In this document: piece by piece, positions 39,278 to 49,747 of the stretch | How positions within the stretch are numbered: position 1 is the first letter of the stretch | How the letters are laid out: each line of letters opens with the position of its first letter | Source: Solirubrobacteraceae bacterium | GTDB taxonomy: Bacteria; Actinomycetota; Thermoleophilia; Solirubrobacterales; Solirubrobacteraceae | Direction of reading: 5' to 3' | Length of the DNA stretch: 64,000 bases | Assembly (NCBI GenBank): GCA_049509055.1 | Contig: JBELAG010000001.1 | Location: 8,895 to 72,894, forward strand | The notes under the pieces: generated by a model | The model's database searches: none | The model's input: only the letters and a program-made list of their open reading frames with translations | What the model was told of the DNA's origin: nothing | Translations under genes and position numbers: made by a program

Positions 39278-40030
39278 ATGAGCATGGACGCGGCCAAGAT
39301 CCCCCGGATGTCAGCGCCGCTGATGCCGTGGATGACGCCGGCGCTGCGCGTCCTGGCGGAGTGGAACTCCACCCGTGACCAGCGCGCGTGGCCCGAGGCC
39401 CCCGCCGGCGGCGGGCGCCCGGTGATGCTGATCCCGGGCTTCCTGGCAGGCGACCCGAGCCTCACCCGGATGGCGGTGTGGCTGCGGACCGGTGGTTACT
39501 TCCTCGCTCGCAGCGGGATCGTGCGCAACACGGGCTGCTCCGACGAGACGGTGTCCGAGCTCGAGATCCGGCTCGAGGCGGCCGTGCAGCAGGCCGGCCA
39601 GCCGGCGCTGATCGTCGGCCAGAGCCGTGGCGGGAGCATCGGCCGCGCCCTGGCGGCGGTGCGCCCGGACCTCGTCGACTCGCTGGTGACGCTCGGTTCG
39701 CCGCTGCTTGATCCGCTCGGCGTCCACGCGCACATCCTGCCCTCGATCGTGGCCGTCAGCGCCCTGGGCAGCTTCGGCTTCCCCGGGATGTTCACCGCCG
39801 GGTGTGTGCGCGGCGACTGCTGCCAGCGCAGCCGGGAGGCGATGCACGGGCCGTTCCCCGAGCACGTGCAGTTCATCTCGATGTACTCGCGCACCGACGA
39901 GGTCGTGCGGTGGCGGGCCTGCCTGGATCCCGCCGCCCGGCACGTCGAGGTCCACACCAGCCATGTCGGGATGGCGATGGCCAGCGAGACGTGGATGGCC
40001 GTCGCCGAGCAGCTCGCGCCCGCGGACTGA
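39278..40030 (+). CDS. Alpha/beta hydrolase (esterase/lipase)
   Basis: LIPGFLA oxyanion segment, GQSRGG nucleophile elbow, LVTLGSP, YSRTDEVV, SHVGM. RBS GAGGA. Confidence 0.85.
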   Translation: MSMDAAKIPRMSAPLMPWMTPALRVLAEWNSTRDQRAWPEAPAGGGRPVMLIPGFLAGDPSLTRMAVWLRTGGYFLARSGIVRNTGCSDETVSELEIRLEAAVQQAGQPALIVGQSRGGSIGRALAAVRPDLVDSLVTLGSPLLDPLGVHAHILPSIVAVSALGSFGFPGMFTAGCVRGDCCQRSREAMHGPFPEHVQFISMYSRTDEVVRWRACLDPAARHVEVHTSHVGMAMASETWMAVAEQLAPAD

Positions 40031-40039
40031 GGGGCCGCC

Positions 40040-41878
40040 TCAGGCCTGGGCGCGGTCGCGCGCTCCCGCGCGCGCGATCTTCACGCGACCGGTCTTGTCG
40101 AGCTGCACCTTGCGCAGGCGCACGGCGTGGGGGGTCACCTCGACGCACTCGTCGGCGCGCAGGAACTCGAGCGCCTGGTCGAGCGACAGCTCCCGCTTGG
40201 GGACGAGCCGCACCAGCTCGTCGGCGGTGGAGGAGCGAATGTTGGTGAGGTGCTTCTCCTTGCAGGCGTTGACGTCGAGATCCTCGGCCCGCGAGTTCTC
40301 GCCGACGATCATCCCCTCGTAGACCTCGTCGCCGGGCTCGACGAACAGGGTGCCGCGCTCCTGGAGATTGAACAGGGCGAACGCGGCCACGACCCCGCGG
40401 CGATCGGAGATCAGCGAGCCGGTCGGGCGCGTGCGAAGCTCGCCGTGCCAGGGCTCCCAGCGGTCGAAGACGTGGTGGACGAGCCCGGTGCCGCGGGTCT
40501 CGGTGAGGAACTCGGTGCGAAAGCCGATCAGCCCGCGCGCCGGGACGAGATACTCCATCCGCACCCAGCCGGTGCCATGGTTGACCATCTGCTCGAGGCG
40601 GCCCTTGCGCAGCGCCAGCATCTGCGTGATCACGCCGATGTACTCCTCGGGCGCGTCGACGCTCATGCGCTCCACCGGCTCGTGGACCTTGCCGTCGACG
40701 TCTCTGGTGACGACCTGGGGCTTGCCGACGGTGAGCTCGAAGCCCTCGCGGCGCATCAGCTCCACCAGGATCGCCAGCGCCAGCTCGCCACGGCCCTGGA
40801 CCTCCCACACCTCGGGGCGCTCGGTCTCGGAGATCCGCAGCGAGACGTTGCCGACGAGCTCGCGCTCGAGCCGCGCCTTGACCTGACTGGCGGTCAGCAG
40901 GTTGCCGTGCTGGCCGGCCAGCGGGGAGCTGTTGATCCCGATCGTCACCGACAGCGACGGCTCGTCGACGGTGATCACCGGCAGCGCCCGCGGATCGCCG
41001 GCGTCGGTGAGCGTGTCGCCGATCGTGATCTCCGGGATCCCGGCCACCGAGATGATCTCGCCGGCCGAGGCCTCGGCGGCGTCGACGCGGTCCAGCGCCT
41101 CGGTCACGTACAGCTCCGAGACGCGCACGCGCTCGACCGAGCCGTCGTGACGGCACCACGCGACGGTCTCGCCGCGGCGGATGACGCCGTTGCGCACCCG
41201 GCAGATCGCGATCCGCCCGACGTAGGGCGAGGCGTCGAGGTTGGTGACGTGGGCCTGAAGGGGGTGGCCGGGCTCGTAGGTCGGCGCCGGGACGTGTGAT
41301 ACGAACAGGTCGAGCAGCGGTTGCAGGTCGGTGCCTTCGTCGGTCGGGTCCAGCGAGGCGCGCCCGGCCTTGGCGTTGCAGTAGACGATCGGGAAGTCGA
41401 TCTGGGACTCGTCGGCGTCGAGATCGAGGAACAGCTCATAGATCTCGTCGACGACCTCGTCGATCCGGGCGTCGGGCCGGTCGACCTTGTTGACGACGAG
41501 GATCACCGGCAGCCGGGCCTCGAGTGCCTTGCGCAGCACGAAGCGCGTCTGCGGCAGCGGGCCCTCGCTGGCGTCGACGAGCAGCAGCACGCCGTCGACC
41601 ATCGTCAGCCCGCGCTCGACCTCCCCCCCGAAGTCGGCGTGGCCGGGGGTGTCGATGATGTTGAGCTTGACGTCGCCGTAGCGGACCGCGGTGTTCTTGG
41701 CGAGGATCGTGATCCCCTTCTCGCGCTCGAGGTCCATCGAGTCGAGCACCCGTTCGTTGACCGTCTGGCCCGAGCGGAAGGCGCCGGACTGCCACAGCAG
41801 CGCGTCGACCAGCGTCGTCTTGCCGTGGTCGACGTGGGCGATGATCGCGATGTTGCGGATGTCGGCGCGCAGAGCCAT
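40040..41878 (-). CDS. typA: Translational GTPase TypA/BipA
   Basis: [46 protein letters not shown]-terminal EVTP..VRLRK. Confidence 0.97.
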   Translation of the reverse strand: MALRADIRNIAIIAHVDHGKTTLVDALLWQSGAFRSGQTVNERVLDSMDLEREKGITILAKNTAVRYGDVKLNIIDTPGHADFGGEVERGLTMVDGVLLLVDASEGPLPQTRFVLRKALEARLPVILVVNKVDRPDARIDEVVDEIYELFLDLDADESQIDFPIVYCNAKAGRASLDPTDEGTDLQPLLDLFVSHVPAPTYEPGHPLQAHVTNLDASPYVGRIAICRVRNGVIRRGETVAWCRHDGSVERVRVSELYVTEALDRVDAAEASAGEIISVAGIPEITIGDTLTDAGDPRALPVITVDEPSLSVTIGINSSPLAGQHGNLLTASQVKARLERELVGNVSLRISETERPEVWEVQGRGELALAILVELMRREGFELTVGKPQVVTRDVDGKVHEPVERMSVDAPEEYIGVITQMLALRKGRLEQMVNHGTGWVRMEYLVPARGLIGFRTEFLTETRGTGLVHHVFDRWEPWHGELRTRPTGSLISDRRGVVAAFALFNLQERGTLFVEPGDEVYEGMIVGENSRAEDLDVNACKEKHLTNIRSSTADELVRLVPKRELSLDQALEFLRADECVEVTPHAVRLRKVQLDKTGRVKIARAGARDRAQA

Positions 41879-41914
41879 GCGCCGTCAGGTTAGACGCAGT
41901 AGCCTTTCGGGCCG

Positions 41915-42383
41915 ATGCGCCGGGCTCGGAACCAACGGCGGAGATGGTCGCCGGTGGCGCTCCTGGCGGCCGTCGCGGCAGTCGCCGCGGCCGTCGTGCC
42001 GGCGACGCAGTCGGCCGCTCGATCGGCCGCGCGGTCGGCCGCGCGGCCGGCGGTGGGCCGCGCCATCGCCGTCGTGCCGTCGAGGTCGCCGTCGTCGCTG
42101 AGCGCGAAAGTCAACATCCGCCACGTGTTCGTGATCGTGCTGGAGAACGGCGATCACCATGCGCTGGAGCGCGTCGACCGCCGACGGGACGGCGCTGGCG
42201 TTCTACGAGGTCCAGGAGCGCACCGGCGCCGGCGCGTGGCGCACGCTGGAGCAGGCGACGACGAAGACCTCGCTGACGACCTCGGGCACGGTGGGCAGGC
42301 GGTATCGCTTCCGCGTGCGTCCCGCCAACCTCGCCGGCCAGCTCGGCAACTGGGCGAACGTGACCGCCGCGAGCGCTACGTAG
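41915..42383 (+). pseudogene. Secreted phosphoesterase N-terminus joined out of frame to an Fn3-like C-terminus (internal deletion)
   Basis: Signal peptide + IRHVFVIVLEN (phosphoesterase start), then a different frame from 42150: AITMRWSA...YEVQER...RYRFRVRPANLAG (Fn3-like). Confidence 0.65.
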
Positions 42384-43356
42384 CCGACCGCGCCGGCGGG
42401 TCGGCCGCGACCTGGCCGTTGCCCGCCGCGCCGGAGCCGAGCTCGGGCCGGGGGCCGGCGTCGAGCTCGGCCTGCGCCGGAGCCGCCTGTACAGCGGGCG
42501 CCGCCTGTACCGCGGGCGCCGCCTGTACCGCGGGCGCCGCGGCATCGGCGACGGGCGGCGCTGCGCCGGCGGCGCCCGACGCGGCGCCGAGCGCGTGCAG
42601 CATCGGCTTCATCAGGTCGATCGGCATCGGGAAGACGATCGTGGAGTTCTGCGTGCCGCCGATCTCGCGCAGGGTCTGCAGGTAGCGCAGCTGCAGCGTG
42701 ACCGGGTTGGGGCCGATCACGTCGGCGGCCTCGGCGAGCTTGGCCGAGGCCTGGAACTCGCCCTCGGCGTTGATGATCTTCGCGCGGCGCTCGCGCTCGG
42801 CCTCCGCCTGGCGCGCGATCGCGTGCTGCATGCGCTCGGGGATCTCGACGTCCTTGATCTCGACCGTTGTCACCTTGATCCCCCACGGCTCGGTCTGGGT
42901 GTCGATCACCTTGGCGAGCGATGCGTTGAGATGCTCGCGCTCGGACAGCAGCGTGTCGAGGTCGGCGACCCCGAGCACGGAGCGCAGCGTCGTCTGCGCG
43001 ATCTGCACCGTCGCCGCCTGGTAGCTCTCGACCTCGGTCACCGCCTTGCACGGATCGATCACCCGGTAGTAGGCGACCGCGGTGACCCGCGCCGGCACGT
43101 TGTCCCGGGTGATGATCTCCTGGGGCGGCACCGCGAGCGTCACCGTCCGCAGGCTGACGCGGACCATCCGATCGAGCGACGGGATCAGCAGCTGCAGCCC
43201 GGGGCCGCGCAGCTCCATCAGGCGGCCGAGGCGGAACACGACGCCGCGCTCGTACTCGCGCAGCACCCGGACCGAGCTCGACAGAGCGGTGAGCCCGACG
43301 ACGAGCAGGACGATCAGGACGACGATGATGGCGGTGATCACAGCAGCAGCTCCCAT
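42376..43356 (-). CDS. SPFH/band-7 (slipin/stomatin-like) protein
   Basis: [52 protein letters not shown]. Ala/Pro tail. Confidence 0.92.
   Translation of the reverse strand: MGAAAVITAIIVVLIVLLVVGLTALSSSVRVLREYERGVVFRLGRLMELRGPGLQLLIPSLDRMVRVSLRTVTLAVPPQEIITRDNVPARVTAVAYYRVIDPCKAVTEVESYQAATVQIAQTTLRSVLGVADLDTLLSEREHLNASLAKVIDTQTEPWGIKVTTVEIKDVEIPERMQHAIARQAEAERERRAKIINAEGEFQASAKLAEAADVIGPNPVTLQLRYLQTLREIGGTQNSTIVFPMPIDLMKPMLHALGAASGAAGAAPPVADAAAPAVQAAPAVQAAPAVQAAPAQAELDAGPRPELGSGAAGNGQVAADPPARSAT
42482..42535 (-). repeat. 3 x 18-nt tandem repeat encoding APAVQA in the SPFH tail
   Basis: GCCGCCTGTAC(A/C)GCGGGC x3. Confidence 0.85.
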
Positions 43357-43817
43357 TCTTCGGCCGGCCGCACGCACAGGGTGAGGCCATTGAGGCGTTC
43401 GACGACGACGGCGTCGCCGGCGTGCAGCTCGGGCGGGTCCTCGTCATCATGGCCGGAGGACCGGCGCGCACTCCACAGCGCGCCGTCGAGCGCGACGCTC
43501 CCGTTGTCCTGCGTCCAGTCGCGCACGACGCCGACGTGGCCGATCATCCCCTCCGCGCCGGTGCGCACCTGGCGCCCGCGGACAGCGACGCCGTGGCGCA
43601 GCGACAGTGCGAGCGTTCCGGCACCGACGCCGGCCAGCGCACCGCCGGCCAGCAGCCCCAGCAGCAGCCCGGCCCCGAGCCCGCTGATCGCCAGCACCGC
43701 GCCCACCGCCAGGACGAGCACACCGAGCCCGCCGGCGATGCCGTGCGTGGGGTAGTGCGCCTCGGCGATCGCGACCAGCGCCCCGAGCACCAGCAACACG
43801 ATCCCTAACGAAGTCAC
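43338..43817 (-). CDS. NfeD-family protein (short NfeD1b type)
   Basis: TM hairpin, then [10 protein letters not shown]...[13 protein letters not shown]...[15 protein letters not shown]-fold. Lies upstream of the SPFH gene. Confidence 0.85.
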   Translation of the reverse strand: MTSLGIVLLVLGALVAIAEAHYPTHGIAGGLGVLVLAVGAVLAISGLGAGLLLGLLAGGALAGVGAGTLALSLRHGVAVRGRQVRTGAEGMIGHVGVVRDWTQDNGSVALDGALWSARRSSGHDDEDPPELHAGDAVVVERLNGLTLCVRPAEEWELLL

Positions 43818-43970
43818 GGTTAGATCCTACGCTCGCGCGGCGGCCGGGCATAGGGATGATGGTGCGCGGGCCGGCTGCTATCTAGGCCTTTACACGCGTG
43901 GCGGGTTTGAGCGTCAGGCTTGTTGCGCAATCATCCCCTGTGAACGGTCCCGACTGCGGAGGTAGGCCAG

Positions 43971-45851
43971 ATGAACAACGAAGAGATCCATCAGCTCGCC
44001 CAGCGCCTGCGCATCGATTCGATTCGCGCCGCCGCGGCCGCCAACTCGGGGCACCCGACGTCGTCGATGTCCGCGGCCGACCTGATGGCGGTGCTGATGG
44101 CGCGTCATCTGCACTACGACTACGACGCTCCGGAGAACCCCAACAACGATCACCTGATCTTCTCCAAGGGTCACGCGTCGCCGCTGGTCTACGCGATGTT
44201 CCTGGCGGCCGGGGCGATCACCGACGAGGAGCTGCTGACCTTCCGCAAGTTCGGCTCCCGGTTGGAGGGCCATCCCACCCCGCTGCTGCCGTGGGTCGAT
44301 GTCGCCACCGGATCGCTGGGCCAGGGACTGCCGATCGGCGCCGGGATCGCGCTGTGTGCCCGGGACCTCGATCGCCTGCCCTACCGGGTGTGGTGCCTGT
44401 GCGGCGACTCCGAGATGGCCGAGGGGTCGATCTGGGAGGCCGTCGAGCACGCGGGCGTCGAGGGGCTCGACAACCTCGTCGCGATCGTCGACGTCAACCG
44501 GCTCGGTCAGCGCGGTGAGACCATGCACGGCTGGGATCTCAGCTCCTACGCCAAGCGGGCGGAGGCCGGCGGCTGGCATGCGATCGAGGTCGACGGCCAC
44601 GACGCGGCCGAGATCGATCGCGCCTACACCGAGGCCGTCGCGACGACCGGGCGCCCGACGATGATCGTCGCGCGGACGATCAAGGGCTACGGCGCCACCG
44701 AGACCGCGAACGTCGAGGGCAAGCACGGCCAGCCACTCAAGGATCCCGAGAAGGCGATCCACGAGCTCGGCGACGTCGCGCCGGTTCACGTCGCGGTGGC
44801 CAAGCCGCAGAGCACCGGCACCCCGCACCGCTTCGACGCCGATCCGTCCTCACCGCTGCCCGCCTACGAGCTCGGCGGCGCTCCGGTCCCGACCCGCAAG
44901 GCGTTCGGCGAGGGCCTGGCGGCGGTCATGCGCCGGCGTGGCGATGTCGCGGCGATCGACGGCGAGGTCGGCAACTCCACGCACCTCGAGGAGGTGATCA
45001 AGGACACCCCCGAGCGGTACTTCGAGGCCTACATCGCCGAGCAGATGATGATGGCCACCGCCGTCGGCTTCCAGGTCCGGGGGTACACGCCGTTTGCGGC
45101 CACGTTCGCCGCGTTCCTCTCCCGGGCCTATGACTTCGTCCGGATGGCGGTCATCTCCCAGGCCAAGCTGTGCATCAACGGATCGCACGCCGGCGTCTCG
45201 ATCGGCGAGGACGGACCGTCCCAGATGGCGCTCGAGGACCTGGCCGAGTTCCGCGCGCTCGGAAACTCGGTCGTCCTGTATCCCGCCGATCCCAACCAGA
45301 CCGCCAAGCTCGTGCAGGCGATGGCCGACCATGACGGCATCTCCTATCTGCGCTCCACGCGGTCGGCGCTGCCGACCCTGTACGGCCCCGACGAGGAGTT
45401 CGCGATCGGGGGCTCGCGCGTGGTGCGCGAGTCAGACGATGACCAGGTCACGCTGCTCGGAGCGGGCGTGACCCTGCACGAGGCGATCAAGGCGGCCGAC
45501 GCGCTCGCCGGCGACGGCATCGCGGCGCGGGTGATCGACGTGTACTCGGTCAAGCCGATCGATGCCGACACGCTGGCGGCGGCGTCGCGCGCGACCGGCG
45601 GGCGGTTCGTCGTGGCCGAGGACCACTGGCCCGAGGGCGGGCTCGGCGACGCCGTGCTGAGCGTGTTCGCCGACAGCGACGAGCGTCCCCGCGTGGTCAA
45701 GCTCGGCGTGACCCATCTGCCGGGCTCGGGCACGATGGCCGAGTTGCTGGCCGACTGCGGCATCGACGCCGAGGCGATCGCCACCGCCGCCCGGCGACTC
45801 GCCGCCCTCGGCCCGCAGATCGCCACCGCCTCCGCCGCCGGCGCGAGCTGA
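43971..45851 (+). CDS. tkt: Transketolase
   Basis: SGHPTSSMS, FSKGHASP, ATGSLGQG, GDSEMAEG (ThDP motif), IAEQMM, GEDGPSQM. 626 aa. Confidence 0.95.
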   Translation: MNNEEIHQLAQRLRIDSIRAAAAANSGHPTSSMSAADLMAVLMARHLHYDYDAPENPNNDHLIFSKGHASPLVYAMFLAAGAITDEELLTFRKFGSRLEGHPTPLLPWVDVATGSLGQGLPIGAGIALCARDLDRLPYRVWCLCGDSEMAEGSIWEAVEHAGVEGLDNLVAIVDVNRLGQRGETMHGWDLSSYAKRAEAGGWHAIEVDGHDAAEIDRAYTEAVATTGRPTMIVARTIKGYGATETANVEGKHGQPLKDPEKAIHELGDVAPVHVAVAKPQSTGTPHRFDADPSSPLPAYELGGAPVPTRKAFGEGLAAVMRRRGDVAAIDGEVGNSTHLEEVIKDTPERYFEAYIAEQMMMATAVGFQVRGYTPFAATFAAFLSRAYDFVRMAVISQAKLCINGSHAGVSIGEDGPSQMALEDLAEFRALGNSVVLYPADPNQTAKLVQAMADHDGISYLRSTRSALPTLYGPDEEFAIGGSRVVRESDDDQVTLLGAGVTLHEAIKAADALAGDGIAARVIDVYSVKPIDADTLAAASRATGGRFVVAEDHWPEGGLGDAVLSVFADSDERPRVVKLGVTHLPGSGTMAELLADCGIDAEAIATAARRLAALGPQIATASAAGAS

Positions 45852-45860
45852 CCGCCGGGC

Positions 45861-45900
45861 GCGTTCCGGCGAGTTCCGGCGAGTTCCGGCGAATTCCGGT
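45861..45900 (+). repeat. 4 x 10-nt tandem repeat G(C/A)(G/A)TTCCGG(C/T)
   Basis: gcgttccggc gagttccggc gagttccggc gaattccggt. Confidence 0.9.
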
Positions 45901-45901
45901 C

Positions 45902-46103
45902 CCCACACCGCGCGCCCCCGCGGTGTGGGCGACCGTCGCGCCCCCAACTTCCCGGCCGCCACATCGCGCGCCCCCGCGGTGTGGCGACCCTTGCGCCCCC
46001 AGCTTCCCGGCCGCCACATCGCGCGCCCCCGCGGTGTGGCGACCGCTGCCTCCTCGGCCGTTCCCGGTCGCCGCACCGCGCGCCCCCGCGATGTCGGCGA
46101 CCG
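45902..46103. repeat. Array of four REP-like palindromes (~11-bp stem, CGCCCC loop, 55-57 nt period)
   Basis: CCCACACCGCG-cgcccc-CGCGGTGTGGG at 45902, with variants at 45958, 46013 and ~46066. Confidence 0.88.
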
Positions 46104-46286
46104 GCAACGCTACGCCGCGCCGGGAGATGCGCCCCCAAGTCCGATGAGTGAGTGCGTCTCGTTCGTTGAACTCGCGTAACCCATGGCAGGCAGCATCGCG
46201 GTTTGCGCGCCGCGCGTCAGCCAAGTTCTGGAGACGGGACTGTCCAATTCTGGACGCGCGACCGCCATGAGAAAATCGACCCGATC

Positions 46287-49019
46287 GTGACCGGATCCGC
46301 GCTTCCGACCGGGACAGTGACGCTGCTGTTCACCGACATCGAGGGCTCGACCGGCCTGCTGCTCAGGCTCGGCGAGCTGTATCAGGGCGTGCTGGGTCGC
46401 CACAACGAGCTGCTGCGCGAGCAGCTCGCGCGCCACGGGGGGGTCGAGTTCGGCACGATGGGCGATGCCCTGTTCGCGGCGTTCAGCTCCCCCCGCCGCG
46501 CGCTCGACGCGGCTCGCGGCGCGCAGGACGCGCTGGCCGCCGAGACGTGGCCGCGCGGCGAGACCGTGCGCGTGCGGATCGGAGTCCACACCGGAAGGCC
46601 GCGGATCGCCGAGCACACCTACTGGGGCGAGGACGTGCACTATGCCGCGCGCATCGCCGGCGCCGCCCACGGCGATCAGGTCGTCGTCTCCGCCGCGGCC
46701 GCGGAGCTCGTCGGCGAGGCCGGCCTGCTCGATCTGGGCGAGCACCGCGTCAAGGACTTTCCGATCCCGCGCCGGCTCTACCAGCTCGGGGCGGCCGCGC
46801 ACCCGCCGCTGCGCACCCTGGATCCGCTGCGCTCCAACCTGCCGAGCAGCCCCGGGGGCCTGATCGGACGTCAGGCCGAGTGCGCGCAGCTGATCGAGAC
46901 CTTCCGTGCGGGCGAGCAGCGGCTGGTGACGATCACCGGCGCCGGCGGGACCGGCAAGACCCGGGTCGCCCTCGAGGTGGCCGAGGCGATGGTCGGCGAG
47001 CTGACCGACGGGGCGTTCCTCATCTCGCTGACCGAGGTGTCGGCCGTCGACGGGGTGCTCGGGGCGATCGCCTCTCAGTTGAGGGTCCCCCTGCGGCCAG
47101 ACGCCGCGCCGGTCGACGCGATCGCCGGCGCGATCGGCCGCCGTCAACTGCTGCTGGTGCTCGACAACTTCGAGCACCTGCTCGACGCCGCCGTCCTCGT
47201 CGTCGATCTGCTCGACGCCGCGCCGGGGCTGCGCGTGCTCGTCACCAGCCAGGCTCCGCTGCGCGTCCGGGGCGAGCGCGTCAGCACCCTGGGCCCGCTT
47301 GCCGTTCCGGCGGGCGACGACATCGCGAGCCTTGACGCGGCGCCGGCCGGCCGGCTGCTGCTCGATCGCGCCCGTGAGGCCGTCCCGGATCTCGCGCTCA
47401 CCCCCGAGAGCGCGGCCTGCCTGGCGCGGTTGTGCCGGGCGTTGGACGGCCTGCCGCTGGCGATCGAGCTGGCGGCGGCCCGGCTGACGATCGTCTCGCC
47501 GGCGGAGCTGCTGGCGCGCGTCGGAGTCGGCATCGACGCGCTCGGTCGGGGGCCGCGCGATCTGCCGGTTCGCCAGCGCGGGCTGCGCGCAGCGCTGGAA
47601 TGGACGCACGGCCTGCTCGGCGACGGCGAGGCGAGGTTGCTGCGGCGGCTGGGGATCTTCGCCGGGCCGGCCTCGCTGGAGCGCATCGAGCGGATCTGCG
47701 CCGGGCCGCATGACCAGGTGCTCGACGCGATCGCGCAGCTGTGGGACTTCTCGCTGGTCATCCGGACCGGCGATGGTCGCTTCGACCTGCACGCTGCGGT
47801 GCGCGAGTACGCCCGTGACAAGCTGGACGAGTCCGGCGAGGCCGAGGAGCTGGCCCGACGCCATGCCTCCGAGTTCGCGCATGCGGCCCAGTCCTGGGGC
47901 CGGCGCTATCTGTTCGACGTCGCCGCCGTGCAGGCCGTCGTCGTCCGTGAGCAGCCCGACATCGGGGAGGCGCTGGCGTGGGCGGCCCACCACGACGACG
48001 ACTGCTTCGCGCGGCTCGCCGGAGGGGCGGCGATGGCGTTGCTGTTCACGGCGCGGCTGGGCCCGTGGCGCGAGCGCATCGATGCGGCGCTCGCGCGCGA
48101 GACGGTGACCGGGGAGCCGCGGGCGTGGCTGCTGCTGGCCGGCGGCCTGGCCGCGCTCGCCGCCGACGACGCCGGGCGCGCACATACGATGCTGGGCCGG
48201 GCGACCGCCGCCGCGCAGGAGTCGGGCGACGCGTGGCTCGCCTGCCTGATGCTGACCTGCTCGGTCGTCCTGCACTTCCTCAGCGAGGCCACGCCCGAGG
48301 TCCGGACGATGCACTCGGCGCTGCGCGCGCGCGTCGCCGCGCTGGGCGACGACGCGTTCGGCTCGCTCGTGGAGGGGCTCGAGCCCTACCTGCTCGCCTA
48401 CTGCGACGCCGAGCTCGACCCCGAGCGCCTCGAGCAGGCCCAGCCGCTGTTCCTGTCGCTGCTGGCCGATCGCGCCCGCACCGACTTCCCGGCACGGATC
48501 GCGGCCTACTACTGGCCGGATTGCCTGATGGCCAGGGGCGAGCACGACGCGGCGCTGCGCGGCTACCTGGCCGCGCTGCGCACCGCCCGCGAGCGGGCCG
48601 ACCCGCTCGGCATCGCCTACCAGCTGGAGGGGATCGCGATCTCGCTCACCGGTCTCGGTCGCCACGAGGAGTCGCTGGAGGCCGCCGGCTGGGCCGAGTC
48701 GGCGCGACAGACCGCGGGGCGCTTCACCGACGAGGGGTGGAAGGCGTTGCTGGTGGACGCGACCGATCGGTCCCGGGCGGCGCTCGAGGCGCCGGCCGCC
48801 GCGGCCGCCTTCGCGCGCGGGCGCGCGCTCGGACTCGACGGCGCCGTCACCGCCGCGCTGGGCTTCGATCAGCCGTCCGCCGGCGCCGCGGTGACCGGCG
48901 GGATCTGCAGCGACCCCTCGACGAACGCGCACAGCACGTCGGGGTCCCAGGCGCCGATCCAGAACGACACCGGCCAGGCGGCCTCGGTGTCCAGCGTCGC
49001 GCCGAGCACACCGTCCTGA
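46287..49019 (+). CDS. Class III nucleotidyl cyclase + STAND/NB-ARC ATPase + TPR-like tail
   Basis: LFTDIEGST, GTMGDALF, RIGVHTG, YWGEDVHYAAR; ITGAGGTGKTR, LVLDNFEHL, LDGLPLAIELAAAR. The 3' ~150 nt overlap the convergent gene. Confidence 0.88.
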   Translation: MTGSALPTGTVTLLFTDIEGSTGLLLRLGELYQGVLGRHNELLREQLARHGGVEFGTMGDALFAAFSSPRRALDAARGAQDALAAETWPRGETVRVRIGVHTGRPRIAEHTYWGEDVHYAARIAGAAHGDQVVVSAAAAELVGEAGLLDLGEHRVKDFPIPRRLYQLGAAAHPPLRTLDPLRSNLPSSPGGLIGRQAECAQLIETFRAGEQRLVTITGAGGTGKTRVALEVAEAMVGELTDGAFLISLTEVSAVDGVLGAIASQLRVPLRPDAAPVDAIAGAIGRRQLLLVLDNFEHLLDAAVLVVDLLDAAPGLRVLVTSQAPLRVRGERVSTLGPLAVPAGDDIASLDAAPAGRLLLDRAREAVPDLALTPESAACLARLCRALDGLPLAIELAAARLTIVSPAELLARVGVGIDALGRGPRDLPVRQRGLRAALEWTHGLLGDGEARLLRRLGIFAGPASLERIERICAGPHDQVLDAIAQLWDFSLVIRTGDGRFDLHAAVREYARDKLDESGEAEELARRHASEFAHAAQSWGRRYLFDVAAVQAVVVREQPDIGEALAWAAHHDDDCFARLAGGAAMALLFTARLGPWRERIDAALARETVTGEPRAWLLLAGGLAALAADDAGRAHTMLGRATAAAQESGDAWLACLMLTCSVVLHFLSEATPEVRTMHSALRARVAALGDDAFGSLVEGLEPYLLAYCDAELDPERLEQAQPLFLSLLADRARTDFPARIAAYYWPDCLMARGEHDAALRGYLAALRTARERADPLGIAYQLEGIAISLTGLGRHEESLEAAGWAESARQTAGRFTDEGWKALLVDATDRSRAALEAPAAAAAFARGRALGLDGAVTAALGFDQPSAGAAVTGGICSDPSTNAHSTSGSQAPIQNDTGQAASVSSVAPSTPS

Positions 49020-49747
49020 TCGCCGGAGACGGTCGCCGGGCCGACCATCGGGAAGCTGAAGCGCTCGACGTGATAGCGACTGGTCACGCGGCGGTCGGAG
49101 GGTTTGTCGAGTCCGATCCGCAGCTCCGCCAACCGGCCGCGCAGCGCGGTCGCCGCCACCGATTCCGAATCGGCGCCCAGCTTCTCCAGCTCGGCGGTGA
49201 GCGCGTCGAAGCGCGCCTGCCGGTCGGCCACGGAGTCCCAGATCCCGGTCGCGGCTCCGACCGTGTCGGGCTCGAACGCGAAGCCGGAGGCCCCCTGCCG
49301 CGCCAGGTCGCTGCTGGCCGCCTGCCAGACCGGCCGGGTCGGATCCGCGGGGTTCAGCGGCGAGGTGCGGTCGATCGCCAGCCGATCGCTCTCGATCCGC
49401 AGGTGAAACGGGACGATCGGCTCATAGCCGGACTCCGTCAGCGCTCCCTGCCGGTTCTCCAGCTTGGGCGCCTCCAGCAGGTCGACCGTCGCCCCGACCA
49501 GCTCGGGGACGATCCGGCCGGTGTCCACCCATTTCGCCGCACGGACGCGCACGCCGATCGGCGGCGATTGGGAGCGCGCAACGAACACGGCCTCCGGCGG
49601 TGGCTGGACGTACAGGATGCGGTCAAGGTCGGGCTCCCCGGCGAACGCGAACGTGTACCCGCTCACGCCGCGGGGCTCGTCGGATGGATCGGGATCGGTG
49701 GCCAGGCGGAGCAGGCACCAGCCCGCAAAGCCGAGGACCAGCGTCAT
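48869..49747 (-). CDS. Uncharacterised protein (FxGW..RLATDPDP family), partner of the ferritin-like gene
   Basis: MTLVLGFAGWCLLRLATDPDPSDEPRGVSGYTFAFAGEPDLDR. ATGA coupling to the ferritin-like gene; coding-like GC3. Confidence 0.7.
   Translation of the reverse strand: MTLVLGFAGWCLLRLATDPDPSDEPRGVSGYTFAFAGEPDLDRILYVQPPPEAVFVARSQSPPIGVRVRAAKWVDTGRIVPELVGATVDLLEAPKLENRQGALTESGYEPIVPFHLRIESDRLAIDRTSPLNPADPTRPVWQAASSDLARQGASGFAFEPDTVGAATGIWDSVADRQARFDALTAELEKLGADSESVAATALRGRLAELRIGLDKPSDRRVTSRYHVERFSFPMVGPATVSGDQDGVLGATLDTEAAWPVSFWIGAWDPDVLCAFVEGSLQIPPVTAAPADG

Noticed and set aside
45861-46103. CRISPR array
   Set aside because: The sequences between palindromes resemble each other rather than being unique spacers, there are only four degenerate units, and no cas genes are present.
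46287-49019. Pycsar/CBASS-type defence system
   Set aside because: The cyclase is fused to a STAND ATPase as in common actinobacterial regulators, and there is no adjacent TIR or transmembrane cNMP effector.
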